Source of the DNA: Nemertoderma westbladi
Lineage: Eukaryota > Animalia > Xenacoelomorpha
DNA length: 59,373 nt
Direction of reading: 5' to 3'
NCBI GenBank assembly: GCA_032718475.1
Contig: JAUCBJ010005375.1
Span: 1-59,373, forward strand
The position numbers and the translations under genes are program-made. How positions within the stretch are numbered: position 1 is the stretch's first letter; each line of letters begins with the position of its first letter. The notes under the pieces are model-generated. The model was given only the letters and a program-made list of their open reading frames with translations, was not told where the DNA came from and did no database searches. Of the stretch, positions 25,133-38,624 are shown in pieces.

Positions 25133-25987
25133 TCCTCTCCTGGACAATATCAAAGAAAATAATAGCTGATTTATCAAAAATAAAACTAACCTGTTCTAGT
25201 GAATTTATTGCGTATTTTGGTTGCAGTTCTAGAATAACTAACGCTCCTTTAATTCCTACTTCATAATTAACATTGTTTATCTTCGAGACGAGATACCAAT
25301 TCGCCGAGACTAGATTTACGTTAATACACCCCACGCCCGCGCCACACACACACACCCACATCCCTCCTACCTCACCCGAAAATGTGGTGCCTGCTGAATT
25401 GACTTTCCTGCACTACCTGACTGACAGTGAGACGGGACAGAACGCATGCCGCTGTCACTTCCAGCTCCAGGCTTCCTACGCTCTCATGCAACATTAACAT
25501 AATTCAGTAACTCAAATAATTAATAATTCAAATAATTCTGTAACTGAAATAGGCTACATACTTTTAGTGGAATAATACTACAATAGGACAACTCTATGCT
25601 AGGCCTATTACAGTATTACTGCAGTAGGCCTATTACCGGTAATACAGTAATACTGTAATAGCCTACATTTTACGTTATTTTACAAATTACTATTAGATTA
25701 TCTGATTATGGGTGAGAATGATAGTATAATAACATAGTTGATACAATGGATTATCTGATTATGGTATTACTGTATTATTGCCCGACTGACTACCGCTAGC
25801 TGATTCGTATTGTGTATTACATTCCGACATTAGCATTGCCGGTAAATACTGATACTGCATACTGAACTAACTAAATTAACTAAAACTACAGTAAATGCTG
25901 TATCATTACAGTATTACTATTACAGTATTAAGTGCAAGTGCAATAGGTCTGTAGTACCTGAGTCTGTGAGTACTGTGACTGTAGATA

Positions 25988-28462
25988 ATGAAATGTCTAA
26001 ATAAAGTGTTTGATTGCTTCAGTGACATCGAAGACATCCTCCACTACATTTCCGGGGAATGGTTGAGATTCTTCTCACTGCTTCTCGGCTTCACCCTCTT
26101 GTGTCTCAGGATTCTACTCATCGGTGTCTTCGGGTTCCCAGACACTTGTAGCAGTCTGCTAACTGGCGGCTACATTAGCCGTACCAATGAATGGCGACCT
26201 TACGGTTGCTTATTGCACGAGTACCGAGCGAGAGATTTAAACTCCGTAGAACGCTGTATCTCCGGTCGCAATATCGCCTTCCTTGGAGATACCAGAACTC
26301 ATCAACAATACCAGAGCCTCGCAAATTATTTAAAGAACGAAAATTACCTTAATGATAATCACGATATAAGGAAAACTCCCAAAGACGAATTTATATATAA
26401 CGATAATTTCGATTACAATGTTAGTTTTACTTGGGTACCGGATTTATCTAACTTCGAGTTGGTTAGATCTGTTTATCAAACTAAATCATTCCGCCCCCAG
26501 ACTGTGTTACATTCTATAGGTCCGTGGCTTTCCTTCCACAGTAACGACGACTTACACAACGTCTACCAGTTCAGAGTAAATCTCTCAAATATATTTAATC
26601 TTTTAGTGAACGAATCCGACTCTGTGGACACTATCTGGTTGCTACAGGAGCCACTAGAACCACATCGTATGAACCGCTCGTTGTGGGGCGATAAACGGAT
26701 AACCAACGAACAACTGCGTCTCTACGACGACACAGCCCTCGGTTTACTTCAAGGGAGGGTACCAATTTGGTCTTCCAACCAATTAACTTTCAGTTCGCAA
26801 GTAAACTCTACATCCGATGGAATCCACATTGTGTCCAAGGTCATCAAACAGGACACAAACATATTACTGAATTATTTGTGCAATAACTTTGTTTATCCCA
26901 CCGACGCCACTTGCTGTATGCCTCGCAGCACTCTATCATACTCGCAGGTTATCCTACTAACTATATTTACTATCGCTGTAATATTTTTTATTTTCTACCG
27001 ACTTTCTCTCCCAAGCATTTTCCTTCGAGTGAAACGAAAGACCAGCGTGCTAAACCCCGCGGAGGAGGACGACTCGAACGGGATTAGTGAGTTCGCCCTC
27101 CCGGATGAACGAGTGGCTGTCCGTCGGTACCACATATCTCTAAACGTAGTGAAACTAGGTCTACTAATCCTTTACATAGTTATATGCGATAGAACCAATG
27201 TATTCTCCGTTTCGCACAAACAATTCAACCCCTATTACTTCGCTATAGCTCTCGTCTACTCGCTGTTTATCGGTCTGTTTTCGTGGCACAAACTCCCGGA
27301 TTTAGACCCCGTCGACACTCCGGTATTGAACCGACACCAAACCGATGAGTGGAAGGGATGGATGCAGTTGTGCATACTTTTCTACCACTTCTACGGGGCT
27401 TCCCATCTCCTACCAATATATATGCACATCCGTATGCTAGTAGGTACTTATGTATTCCTATCGGCCTTCGGCCATTTCTCCTACTTCCTAAAGACCGGCG
27501 ATTTCGGGATTAATCGAATAATTCGCGTTATTTTTCGACTAAATTTTCTAACCGTTTTGCTTTGTTTCGCTATGAATAAACCCTACCAGCACTACTATTT
27601 CGTTCCGTTAATAACCTTTTGGTTTCTTTTCGTTTACCTAATATCCGCTCTACCCCCTAGAGTAACAGCCCAATCCTCCTCGCGCTCATTCCATATCGTG
27701 ATTCTAGGCAAAATGGGTTTAATGTTATTCCTAATTCAGTTGCTATACTTCCACCAACGATTCCTTCTGGTTTTCGGTTGGTGGCCGTTTAACTTTCTCT
27801 TCCGCAGTGAGTCCGACCCGGTGTATGATCCTCTCTTCGAGTGGTACCTCCGATACCGACTGGACCGATTCGCGGCCCCGTTCGGGATGTTCGTCGCCTA
27901 TCTACTCTCCGTCGCTAAATCCCTTCAATTCAACTTAGATCGCCGACTCCGGGAATGGATCGTAGACGCTTTCCTGCTAACCGTCGGACTCATCCTTCTG
28001 TTCTCCTACACGGGACTCGCGATCGTCTGTCCCGATAAGGAGATCTGCAACCGCTACTTCCACCCCTACCGGTCGCTCTTCCCCATGGCCGGGTACATAG
28101 TCGTGCGGAACATCCGTTGCGCCGGATGGCTCCGTCGCGGTCACAGTTTGTTCTTCGGGTTCTTCGGCCGCATCTCCTTGGAACTTTTCGTCTGCCAGTA
28201 CCACATCTGGTTGGCCCGGGACACCCACGGTCTTCTCGTCATCATCCCGCTCGAGTCCGGGTTGAACTTTGTTATCGTAACTTCCGTCTTCCTGGCCGTC
28301 TCCAACGAGTTGTTTCTAATCACCCGCAATCTCAACCGCGTCATCTGGCCAACTAGCGGGGTCCACATTGGCCATCGCAGTTTCTTATTCTCTTTAATTA
28401 AATTATCACTGATTATGTTAATTATTTTATTACTTTGCGTACCGGAATTGACTGCGGCTTGA
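25988..28462 (+). CDS. CASD1: CAS1-domain O-acetyltransferase (sialate 9-O-acetyltransferase family), single coding exon
   Basis: N-terminal TM; SGNH-like domain (WRPYGC, IAFLGDTR, DGIH, NYLCN..DATCC); multi-pass Cas1_AcylT domain (LNRHQTDEWKGWMQL, RLNFL, YYFVPL, EWYLRYRLDRF, GRISLELFVCQYHIWLA). Confidence 0.94.
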   Translation: MKCLNKVFDCFSDIEDILHYISGEWLRFFSLLLGFTLLCLRILLIGVFGFPDTCSSLLTGGYISRTNEWRPYGCLLHEYRARDLNSVERCISGRNIAFLGDTRTHQQYQSLANYLKNENYLNDNHDIRKTPKDEFIYNDNFDYNVSFTWVPDLSNFELVRSVYQTKSFRPQTVLHSIGPWLSFHSNDDLHNVYQFRVNLSNIFNLLVNESDSVDTIWLLQEPLEPHRMNRSLWGDKRITNEQLRLYDDTALGLLQGRVPIWSSNQLTFSSQVNSTSDGIHIVSKVIKQDTNILLNYLCNNFVYPTDATCCMPRSTLSYSQVILLTIFTIAVIFFIFYRLSLPSIFLRVKRKTSVLNPAEEDDSNGISEFALPDERVAVRRYHISLNVVKLGLLILYIVICDRTNVFSVSHKQFNPYYFAIALVYSLFIGLFSWHKLPDLDPVDTPVLNRHQTDEWKGWMQLCILFYHFYGASHLLPIYMHIRMLVGTYVFLSAFGHFSYFLKTGDFGINRIIRVIFRLNFLTVLLCFAMNKPYQHYYFVPLITFWFLFVYLISALPPRVTAQSSSRSFHIVILGKMGLMLFLIQLLYFHQRFLLVFGWWPFNFLFRSESDPVYDPLFEWYLRYRLDRFAAPFGMFVAYLLSVAKSLQFNLDRRLREWIVDAFLLTVGLILLFSYTGLAIVCPDKEICNRYFHPYRSLFPMAGYIVVRNIRCAGWLRRGHSLFFGFFGRISLELFVCQYHIWLARDTHGLLVIIPLESGLNFVIVTSVFLAVSNELFLITRNLNRVIWPTSGVHIGHRSFLFSLIKLSLIMLIILLLCVPELTAA

Positions 28463-29912
28463 CAATTATTTATAATAAGTTCGGTTCATAAATATTAGTT
28501 AGTAATAAACTTATATAGTTATAAAAATTAATGTTATTCGATAATAAAAAGAATCGGAAAGCAGCACTTTTTGTCACTAATTAAATAAAATGCCATCCTG
28601 TGGAAAATCCAATACACGATAGATCCATTATTCATTTTCCACTCGCTGGCACAATAGTTAAATTTCGTTAAACTGATTGACTGTTTTCCACTTACTTGTT
28701 TTTATCGAATTATATTCTGATCTTTTTTTTATTAATTAGCACATTTAGGCGCTGCAGTAATTATTACCAATTAATTTTACACTACAATTTAATTTAATAA
28801 CTAATTATTAGTAATAATTGTCATATTTTACTACCGATGGAATGTTTAATTATTAATTGTTATGATTATTTTTAAATGAATTGATTCAATTATTTATATT
28901 TTTACAATAATTTACTACGTATTGATTCACTGTGTTTGACAAAGAAACTGTCTCTGCTCTGTTATACTGTATGTTTGTTTGTTTCGTTTATAGATGTTTA
29001 TCAGTCGTTATTGTGGATGTAGATGAATCTATACTGAGTCCCAAGATTGTGGAACATTCTGTCCATCCCAAACGTGTATAATAATTCGTTTTGTTTTACT
29101 TGTAATTCACTATCAAAGCTAAACTTGCAGTCACGTTGCTGTGCAGTTTTATGTGCGTTGTTAAGAATATTTATTTAATAATTATTAAAAATATTATTTA
29201 CTCTACTCAGAAATGCTGACATTTACTATCAGGGTGATATGGCCACATGCCAATATTTAGCATAACAAACAAACACATGGTGTAATCTAGTTCTTTACCA
29301 GAATGTAATACTCCCATTCATTTATATTACACTCCACATTTCATTCATACTAAAAGTAGGACTGTGTAATCTTGTGAAATTAAAATTAATTCAGTGAGCT
29401 AGAACCCCCCCCCCCCCCCCCCCCCCCCCCCCGAAATAAACTTTGGCTAGCGTAAAAAGTGCGAAACTTACAATATTAAAATATCTAATAATATAAAATG
29501 TTAAAATATTTGAGCCGGACGGACTAACAGGAACGATGTCGATGGGGTATGCTAAAGGCTCATAGACTTAGTGGCTCGACATTGAACAACCTACTGTATG
29601 AGTCATAACATCGGTCTTCAATTCACTCAGCTGGAAACCTGTTCCATCCACTCATTCAGCACACCAGCAACAATAACGTATCACCGCCTATATTACATTT
29701 ACAGAGCCCATACCGTACGTTCTAGGTTATAAGATTCACAACACAAGGAAATAAAATCGATCAACTATTCATACAGTATAGCTTACCCAGTATGCAATGT
29801 ACAATATAATATAAACTGTACTACACTAAATCCTAATATTTTATCATAGTGTACTGTATACACTGCTTAAGTAGTAGGCCTATGGAGTGCGCTTCATTAT
29901 GTATGTTTTAAC

Positions 29913-29975
29913 CAGGGGCGCGTCCAGGGGGAGGGGGGGGGGGTGGGGGGGGGGGGGGGGGGGCTTAAACCTCAC
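29913..29975 (+). mobile_element. Possible hAT-type terminal repeat followed by a poly-G run
   Basis: CAGGGGCGCGTCCAG resembles the CAGGGGCGGATCCAG termini common in hAT non-autonomous elements; no partner end identified. Confidence 0.3.
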
Positions 29976-30819
29976 CATTTATTGCTTCATGAGTTTAATT
30001 TAACTCAAACCATTAAGCAAAACGAGCAGGTTACACTGATGGTGTTTTCTAACCAAAACGATAAACAAAACCTTTATAATATTGTGCGACCAAATTTGTC
30101 TGGAGATCACTTTTTTCACTTCCAGTCAAAAAAAGTATTGTAAACTTCATGGGCCAGCATTGCAGCATACTAAAAATACAAACGTTTTCTGCTCATCCTG
30201 GGAGACAATATTTTATTATTTAATAACTACTTAAAGACTAATAATCTAGCAGTTTATGCTGTTTATGTGATTACGGTGAGAGGCGAATAAAATTCAGAGA
30301 GTAAGCAAGGATTTTAATAGAGATCTTATAAAGTGCTTGTTTTCAACTGGTGTATGTATTTCGGTAATTTTTATTTCATGTAAATATGTAATACAAATGC
30401 TTCATTTAAAATAAATATAACCGTAAAAACGATTCTCACTCGCCGTATTAAATTATATATTTCTACATCCTCTTCTACCTGAGGAGTTGCACAATATTCA
30501 AATTTTCGTATAAATTATATTAATTAATTAAGATTTAGTATTTTGTTCTTTTTTATTATTATTTTTACCTAATCCTTATTATTTCTAAATTGGAGGATAT
30601 TTTTTACTTATAATTTAATACTGATTGCACCCCTATTCTTTGGAAAACAATGAAAAATAGTTATGTTTCTGTCCGTCCAAGTTCAGTTACAGTATATGAT
30701 ATTTTGAGCTCAATCATCACATGGGGGGTATTTTGGTATTCACTGCTGCGCGAAGTCCTTTATTTATTTTTTTTTGGGGGGGGGGGGGGGGGGTGGTGGT
30801 CTGTGAGTGGATGATTAGT

Positions 30820-33165
30820 GGATAAGGTGGGTGGGAATGTAGGATGATGGGAAGGCGGGTGGGAAGATGGGAATGTGAGAGGGTGGATGTGAATGTGGGA
30901 AGATGCAGGGGAAGGTGGCATTCCCATCTTCTAGGGCTAGGGGGTATAACGTATAAAGTCATATCGAGAAACATTGGGGCTACCAACCTATTTTGTAGAG
31001 AATTTTATTTACTGTATTTTAGAGTTGTTTGTACTGGTGGTATGTTAGTTAGCCCTAAGTAGGAAGGAATACCCTGACCTTATACTTGAGCTAAATCAGT
31101 AATGTAGGGAGGGCATTTTTGTGATCAGCATTAAATTCTCTACAAAATAGGTTGGTAGCCACAGATTTTAATTGTGGTCACCGAAAAAATCCTCTATACC
31201 CCCTACCCCTACATCTTCCTACATTCTCATCTTCCCAGATTCCAATCCTCATTCCCACCCCTTCCTCCATTCCCATCTTCCCACCCACCTTCCCACATTC
31301 TCACCCACATTCCCATCTTCCTACATTCCCACCCATCTTCCTACATTCCCATCTCCCCACCCACCTTCCCATCATCCTACATTCCCACCCATCTTCCTAC
31401 ATTCCCATCTCCCACCCACCTTCCCTCATCCTCACCCACATTCCCATTTTCCTACATTCCTATCCACCTTCCCACATTCCCATCATCCTACATTCCCATC
31501 TCCCCACCCACCTTCCCATCATCCTACATTCCCACCCATCTTCCTACATTCCCATCTTCCCACCCACCTTCCCTCATCCTCACCCACATTCCCATTTTCC
31601 TACATTCCTATCCACCTTCCCACATTCCCATCATCCTACATTCCCATCTCCCCACCCACCTTCCCACCCTCCCACATTCCCATCTCCCCACCCATCTTCC
31701 CACATTCCTATCCACTTTCTCATCATCCTACATCCCCACCCACATTCCCATCTTCCCACTTTCCCACCCATCTTCCTACATTCCCATCTTCCCACCCACC
31801 TTCCCTCATCCTCACCCACATTCCCATTTTCCTACATTCCTATCCACCTTCCCACATTCCCATCATCCTACATTCCCATCTCCCCACCCACCTTCCCACC
31901 CTCCCACATTCCCATCTCCCCACCCATCTTCCCACATTCCTATCCACTTTCTCATCATCCTACATTCCCACCCACATTCCCATCTTCCCACTTTCCCACC
32001 CATCTTCCTACATTCACATCTTCCCAACCAACTTCCCCACATTCCCACCCACCTTCCCATCTTCCTACATACCCATCCACCTTCCCACATTCCCATCATC
32101 CTACATTCCCACCCATCTTCCTACATTCCCATCTCCCCACCCACCTTCCCATCATCCTACATTCCCACCCATCTTCCTACATTCCCATCTTCCCACCCAC
32201 CTTCCCTCATCCTCACCCACATTCCCATTTTCCTACATTCCTATCCACCTTCCCACATTCCCATCATCCTACATTCCCATCTCCCCACCCACCTTCCCAT
32301 CATCCTACATTCCCATCTCCCCACCCATCTTCCCACATTCCTATCCACTTTCTCATCATCCTACATTCCCACCCACATTCCCATCTTCCCACTTTCCCAC
32401 CCATCTTCCTACATTCACATCTTCCCAACCAACTACCCCACATTCCCACCCACCTTCCCATCTTCCTACATACCCATCCACCTTCCCACATTCACATTAT
32501 CCTATATTCCCACCCATCTTCCTACATTCCCATTTTCCCACCCATCTTCCCACATTCTCACCCACATTCCCATCCACCTTCCTACATTCCCATCCACCTT
32601 CCCACATTCCCATCATCCTACATTCCCACCCATCTTCCTACATTCCCATCTTCCTACATTCTCATCTTCCCACCCACCTTCCCATCATCCTACAGTCCCA
32701 CCCATCTTCCTACATTCCCATCTTCCTACATTCTCATCTTCCCACCCACCTTCCCATCATCCTATATTCCCACCCATCTTCCTACATTCCCATCTTCCCA
32801 CATTCCCATCCACCTTCCCACATTCCCATCCTCCTTCCCACATTCCCATCATCCTACAGTCCCACCCATCTTCCTACATTCCCATCTTCCTACATTCTCA
32901 TCTTCCCACCCACCTTCCCACATTCCCATCCACCCTCCCACATTCCCATCTTCCCACCCACCTTCCCACATTCCCACCCACCTTCCCACCCATCTTCCTA
33001 CATTCCCATCTTCCCACCCACATTCACATCCACCTTCCCATCCATCTACCCACATTCCCCCATCTTCCTACATTTCCACTGACCTACCCACCAACCGACC
33101 AACCAACCGACCAACCAACCGACCAACCCACCGACCTACCCACCCACCAACCGACCGAGCCACCC
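30820..33165. repeat. Inverted-repeat element whose right arm is expanded into about 2 kb of G-poor low-complexity repeat
   Basis: GGCTACCAACCTATTTTGTAGAGAATTT (about 30978-31006) is inverted at about 31133-31160. G-rich units at 30820-30910 are the reverse complement of the CCCACCCATCTTCCTACATT-type units filling 31210-33080. Confidence 0.85.
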
Positions 33166-34900
33166 GCAAACGTTGACTCATTTTGGCTTTCCTTTGCACT
33201 CTTGGAATGTTCACATGGACCGCTCAATAACGTTGAATTACACTTTAGAGTAGTGTGGAAATAAGTTAATTTATTTACCTGCATTATAATTATATTTTTT
33301 ACAGATGGAATCATTCAATGACAATCGTACTACAGTCCTGTCGTACTGTGGTGTTTCGTACTTCTGTAAAATGTAAATTACATCAACCATATCAAAGCTT
33401 GATAACTTAAATGTAATTAACTATTAATTGATTACTTGTCCCTGTTGTATCCTTCTTGTAGTAGTACATAGGCTATAATTAACGGTTACTGTAATATTAA
33501 CTGCCAAGATCAAGATAATTAAATTCCTAATCACACAAACCAAGAAATCCGTAGATGCAATATATAAGTTACTTAATTTATAATTCAGTATTGCAGTTAA
33601 TCGTTGCGCCAGGAAAAGTATCACAGTTTTTCCTGGTATTATTTAGTCCCATCTTATGTTATTTGTCATTGTAATTTAAATATTTAAAACTACAGTTTTG
33701 TTTTCAAACATTATTAATTTGTTTCATTTAATTATCATTATAATCATATAATAATAATAATAATATCATTAAATTGTTGCACATGATCAGCTTTAGTTAA
33801 ATGCATTCATTAATAAATGGCTTCGTGTACTCTCATTATTATTATTACCAACCCTCATTATTGATTATCGCCTTTTTCCATTATCACCTTACAATAGTGT
33901 CTACCACATTTTCTACCGTAGGCCATATTATTAATCCCCTTCAATGAATGAATTATGGATGACCTTTCGGTGTGGGAAAATCCCATGTTGTTTGGGGATG
34001 ATGAACAAGATCGAACTATATAAGATGCAACTCTGAACTCAGTCTCACTCAGTAATGACATACTGTATTACCGATATTACCGATTTATTTTAAAATTAAT
34101 ATTAGCCTATCTTTCTTAATTACACTAACAATTAACGATTACAGTAATAAGTATAAAGCAATAACCGTTGCAGAGCCTTATTTTGAATTGTAAGCCTATA
34201 CTATGTAAGAGTAAATCCACTTATAGGCATATGCCACAACAATTAAATGTGAAATGGTAGCCAGGCGACGGATAGATTATATTGCTTACTCCATTACCTA
34301 CCAGGCTATGTACCTACTACTACTGCTGCAGCTGCACTGCACATACCGGTACCGTACTGCGGTGGTACAGTTTACAGGTTTAATACGGTTAGTTTATGGT
34401 AACTGTCCCCGTCCCTGCATCCTGCAATCAGTCCAGCAGTCTAGACCTACCATTATTGCAGACATTGTCAACGCTGCCATACTTACTAAATTGTCATAAC
34501 ATGCAACACTGGTACCTCTTGTAGTGCCCCGACGAATCCATCCCGGATAACTTGGTGGGAGTATAGCATCTGACTGTCTGACTGAGCATACGACTGTCAC
34601 GGTAGTGTATAAAACAAAGACCAAAGGCATTTTACTAAAAAATCACCCAGAGTAGTTTCACCCCTGGTTAAAAATACACTAGGCCTAGTGAATTTTAACC
34701 GGGCAGCCGGGGGGTGGAAATTCTCTGCTACACCGGTACGGTACTTGAAGCTTGAAGCCCATTTCTTCATTTGTTTATTGTTTATTTACGGTACGGTAAC
34801 AGTACACAGCGGTAGGGCTGATTATCAGAAATTTAGGCTCTAGTTTATCTTATCATCTTCATAACTAATTCATCTTAATTTAATATTCATTGTTGTAAAC

Positions 34901-36241
34901 ATGCCTAGCAACGTAAACATGCCTAGCAACGCTATCCACAAAATATTCGCCCGTCAAATCTTCGACAGTCGAGGCAACCCGACAGTGGAGGTTGACTTAA
35001 CGACGGAGAAGGGTTTGTTCCGCGCAGCTGTTCCTTCCGGGGCGTCCACTGGGGTACACGAGGCGCTGGAGCTGCGAGACAAGGGCCCGGAGTACATGGG
35101 GAAGGGAGTGAAGCAAGCCGTCGGACACATCAACAGCACGTTGGGGCCCGCGGTAATAAATTCCGCGATCGAAGTAACCGAGCAGGAGAAAATCGATGAG
35201 TTCATGATAAACCTCGACGGCACTGAGAACAAATCGAAGTTCGGAGCGAACGCCATTCTGGGCGTCTCGTTGGCCGCATGTAAAGCGGGCGCCGCCCACA
35301 AAAGTGTCCCGCTGTACCGCCACATCGCCGACCTCGCGGGTAATAAACGCGTGATCCTCCCGGTACCGGCGTTCAACGTTATAAACGGAGGCAGCCACGC
35401 CGGCAACAAGCTCGCGATGCAGGAGTTCATGATCCTCCCGACGGGAGCGGGGACCTTCAGGGAAGCGATGCGGATGGGATCCGAGGTCTACCACAACCTC
35501 AAGGCCGTGATAAAGAAGCGATATGGGCTGGACGCAACCGCGGTGGGGGATGAAGGCGGATTCGCACCAAACATACAGGATAACAAGGAGGGTCTTAACC
35601 TGCTAACCGAGGCGATAGAAGCAGCTGGGTACACAGGGAAGATAAAGATGGGGATGGATGTAGCTGCTAGCGAGTTTTACAGAGACGGTAAATACGATCT
35701 CGACTTTAAGAACACCGAGACGGATACTTCGAGGTACATATCTAGCGACCAGTTGGAGGATCTCTACAAGGACTTTGTTAAGGATTACCCCATGGTGTCC
35801 ATAGAAGATGGCTTCGACCAGGACGATTGGGATGCTTGGGTGAAGATGGAGGGTTCTTTAGGGAAGAAGGTTCAGACGGTTGGAGACGATCTGTTGGTTA
35901 CCAATCCGAAACGTATCCGCACCGCGGTAGAGAAGGGGGCTTGCAACGCTCTGCTGCTGAAGGTCAACCAGATCGGTTCGGTTACAGAGTCGATACGGGC
36001 CTGTAAGCTGGCGCAGTCGCAGGGTTGGGGGGTCATGGTGTCGCATCGCAGCGGCGAGACCGAGGACACCTTCATAGCGGATCTAGTGGTGGGGTTGTGT
36101 ACCGGGCAGATAAAGACCGGGGCCCCTTGTCGCTCCGAGAGATTGGCCAAGTACAATCAGTTGCTCCGTATAGAGGAGGAGTTGGGTGGCCAGGCGGTCT
36201 ACGCCGGGGATAAGTTTCGCAATCCCTCGGGACTCGTCTAG
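34901..36241 (+). CDS. ENO: Enolase (phosphopyruvate hydratase), single coding exon
   Basis: [55 protein letters not shown] and [19 protein letters not shown]. Start is 34901 or 34919 because of an 18-bp duplication. Confidence 0.98.
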   Translation: MPSNVNMPSNAIHKIFARQIFDSRGNPTVEVDLTTEKGLFRAAVPSGASTGVHEALELRDKGPEYMGKGVKQAVGHINSTLGPAVINSAIEVTEQEKIDEFMINLDGTENKSKFGANAILGVSLAACKAGAAHKSVPLYRHIADLAGNKRVILPVPAFNVINGGSHAGNKLAMQEFMILPTGAGTFREAMRMGSEVYHNLKAVIKKRYGLDATAVGDEGGFAPNIQDNKEGLNLLTEAIEAAGYTGKIKMGMDVAASEFYRDGKYDLDFKNTETDTSRYISSDQLEDLYKDFVKDYPMVSIEDGFDQDDWDAWVKMEGSLGKKVQTVGDDLLVTNPKRIRTAVEKGACNALLLKVNQIGSVTESIRACKLAQSQGWGVMVSHRSGETEDTFIADLVVGLCTGQIKTGAPCRSERLAKYNQLLRIEEELGGQAVYAGDKFRNPSGLV

Positions 36242-38350
36242 TAGAACACCAGACTCCAGACAGCTAGCTGATACTTCAAGTATCTTTACTGTAGTTACAT
36301 TATTTACACCAAATTGTCAACAACTGCACTGTTTAATGAATGGTTTTAGAATTATAATTGAGTGGTTATTATAGAAAATACTTAATTTAGTATTAAGTGA
36401 TATTCTTGAAGCCATTTAAGAGTTTCGTTGAGTAGTTTGTTAGATATAGTTTGTCACCATTATATAGGGCGCCTAGCTGATTACTCTACCCCGTTATGTG
36501 TAGCAGGTCTAATGAATGAATCAATCATTTAATGTCGCGTTGTTTATCATTGTTTTATGTTACTGATGTGACCCAATGAACTTAGTGCTCACTGCTCAGT
36601 GATACTTTGTGCTCAACACAGAACATTTGTTGCCTCGTTGCTTCGCTTTACTATATACTTATGGGGTCAATCATATAGGTTACAATGGAATCTAATTGTA
36701 CAGTTTATTCAAACTTTAATATTTCTTTTAATGAACCTATTAATTTACTTCAGGAATGTGGTTCTCACATGCAACGTGCTAAATATTAGTTATTGAATTA
36801 CAGTGGGGTTGTACAGGTACTCGTGAACGGTACAGTTTGGTAGTTAATTTGTAAGCCTCACGTCATGTTGCTTTAGTTTAATAATAATGTTTGAATTAAT
36901 ATATTACAAAGAGTGAATTAATATTAATCAATTGCTTCCTTTTTTTCCTCTTTTCGTTATCTTTCCATATCATTAGTAAATAGATGGATAAGATAGCACA
37001 TGTAAGAAACCGCATACCATATCATAGATCGCAGGGACGAGACATCAATAAGTTCTAAAATCGAGAATAATTCACTGGTTGTTTTGAAGCTGTTTTCCAT
37101 TGGCAATAAATACCATTACTTACTAAAACGTTGATTCATCTAAAACCACTTTCAGTAAATTGGAAGTGAAATATATAAATTGAATGATATAGAGAGTATG
37201 ATAATATATTGGAACAAAGTTGTTCTGCCGCTTTCTGATGTAACCCCCCCCCCCCCCCCCCCCGTCGGCATTTGAGAAAAAGTTCAGGTTAGTAAAGAAA
37301 CCAAAACAATAAACGAAAGTTAGGAGTATTGCAGAAAACCCAAATTAATTGAGAATCAATAGCCTGGGTAATCAACTGTCAGAGGCCTGCCGGCATACGT
37401 TACATGTATATGTAGGCGTAGTGTCAACCCCTCTAAAAAATAATTTAAATACCAAATCTTGAAAGTTGCATTGCTCACCATAAATACTGTACTGTATGTG
37501 TGTCAGGCCTATATATTTATATAAATTTATATATTTTAATACAGAATTACCGGTACGCAACGAAAAAAATACCAATTTAAGAATAAAATTACGTATTACA
37601 TGGGGAAGAACGTTTTTTTCCAATATTCCCTAGATTCCTTATTAACCTCACTGGTGGTCGGTATTGATGACGTCCTTCGCATCACGGCGCACTGGACTAC
37701 CGCTCCTGTGGGACTACACCTGCCGAGATACTCTTCCTCCCACCTACCTTTCCTTCACCTCTATAAGAGCAGGACCTCCACCACCACTACCACGTCACCA
37801 ATTTCGAAACTGAGTCAGTTGGATTCATTCGAAAGGATGGGGAAAAGTCTCCTGAGTGAAATTGGTAGTCATATTAAGGTGTACTACTTGTGAACCTCGT
37901 ATCTACCCAGAGGCGCTCATTGTAATCATCTGAGAGAAATGTCACTCCCATACTTGGGCACCACTAACATACCGTCGCCCTGAAAATACACCTGCTGACG
38001 GCTTCCCTTCACCCCAGCCCCCGATGACATACCCTAGACACCCTCCCAACCTGATCCTACTCTACACTGCTGCACCTGCACTCCCCCACTATCGAGCAAT
38101 CCTTCCCTGCCTCAACAAAATCTCTCTCCCCGACAAGTTCCCACGACCTCCGAGATTAACTGCCTGAAAGTATGTGACCTTAAGCTCCACGTTAAAGGTT
38201 TCTTCAATTGGAAGGGAACAACTTAATTAGGAGCCCGTCTAATTGAGGCCACAACTCGTTCACCTCTCCTGTTTTCTCAACCTGAACATCTGATTGGAAC
38301 AGATGCCATAGGCCGTCTGTCCCCCAGGAGTATCCACTGAAAACCCTCTA

Positions 38351-38624
38351 CATTTCCACCCTCTCTGAAAGCGCCTTCTTCCCTGCCTTCTATCGAATGC
38401 ATGCCAACAGGACGATCCCCCGGGACCTCTGGCCTTCGCGCTTACAGCGTTTCTGAGCTGATGCGGGAGGAATTCCCATATCCCGAACATTTCCACCCTC
38501 TCTGAAAGCGCCTTCTTCCCTGCCTTCTATCGAATGCATGCCAACAGGACGATCCCCCGGGACCTCTGGCCTTCGCGCTTACAGCGTTTCTGAGCTGATG
38601 CGGGAGGAATTCCCATATCCCGAA
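38351..38624. repeat. Exact 137-bp tandem duplication
   Basis: 38351-38487 equals 38488-38624 (CATTTCCACCCTCTCTG...CATATCCCGAA). Confidence 0.92.

Noticed and set aside
25979-25990. AG acceptor-like sites just before the ATG of CASD1, DRC1 and the FReDs as a sign of trans-splicing
   Set aside because: YAG is common and no clear polypyrimidine or outron signal is visible; it cannot be supported without transcript data.
31152-33264. Three overlapping 636-696 aa Pro/His-rich ORFs
   Set aside because: All three frames are open because the G-poor repeat cannot form stop codons; this is not evidence of coding.
34901-36241. Horizontal transfer or contamination as the source of the intronless GC-rich enolase
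   Set aside because: The sequence is animal-type ([37 protein letters not shown]), and the neighbouring host exons are similarly GC-rich.
34954-36374. Antisense and alternate-frame ORFs over enolase (and similar ones over gag, CASD1, DRC1 and the LINE)
   Set aside because: Shadow frames of real coding sequence with no independent motifs.
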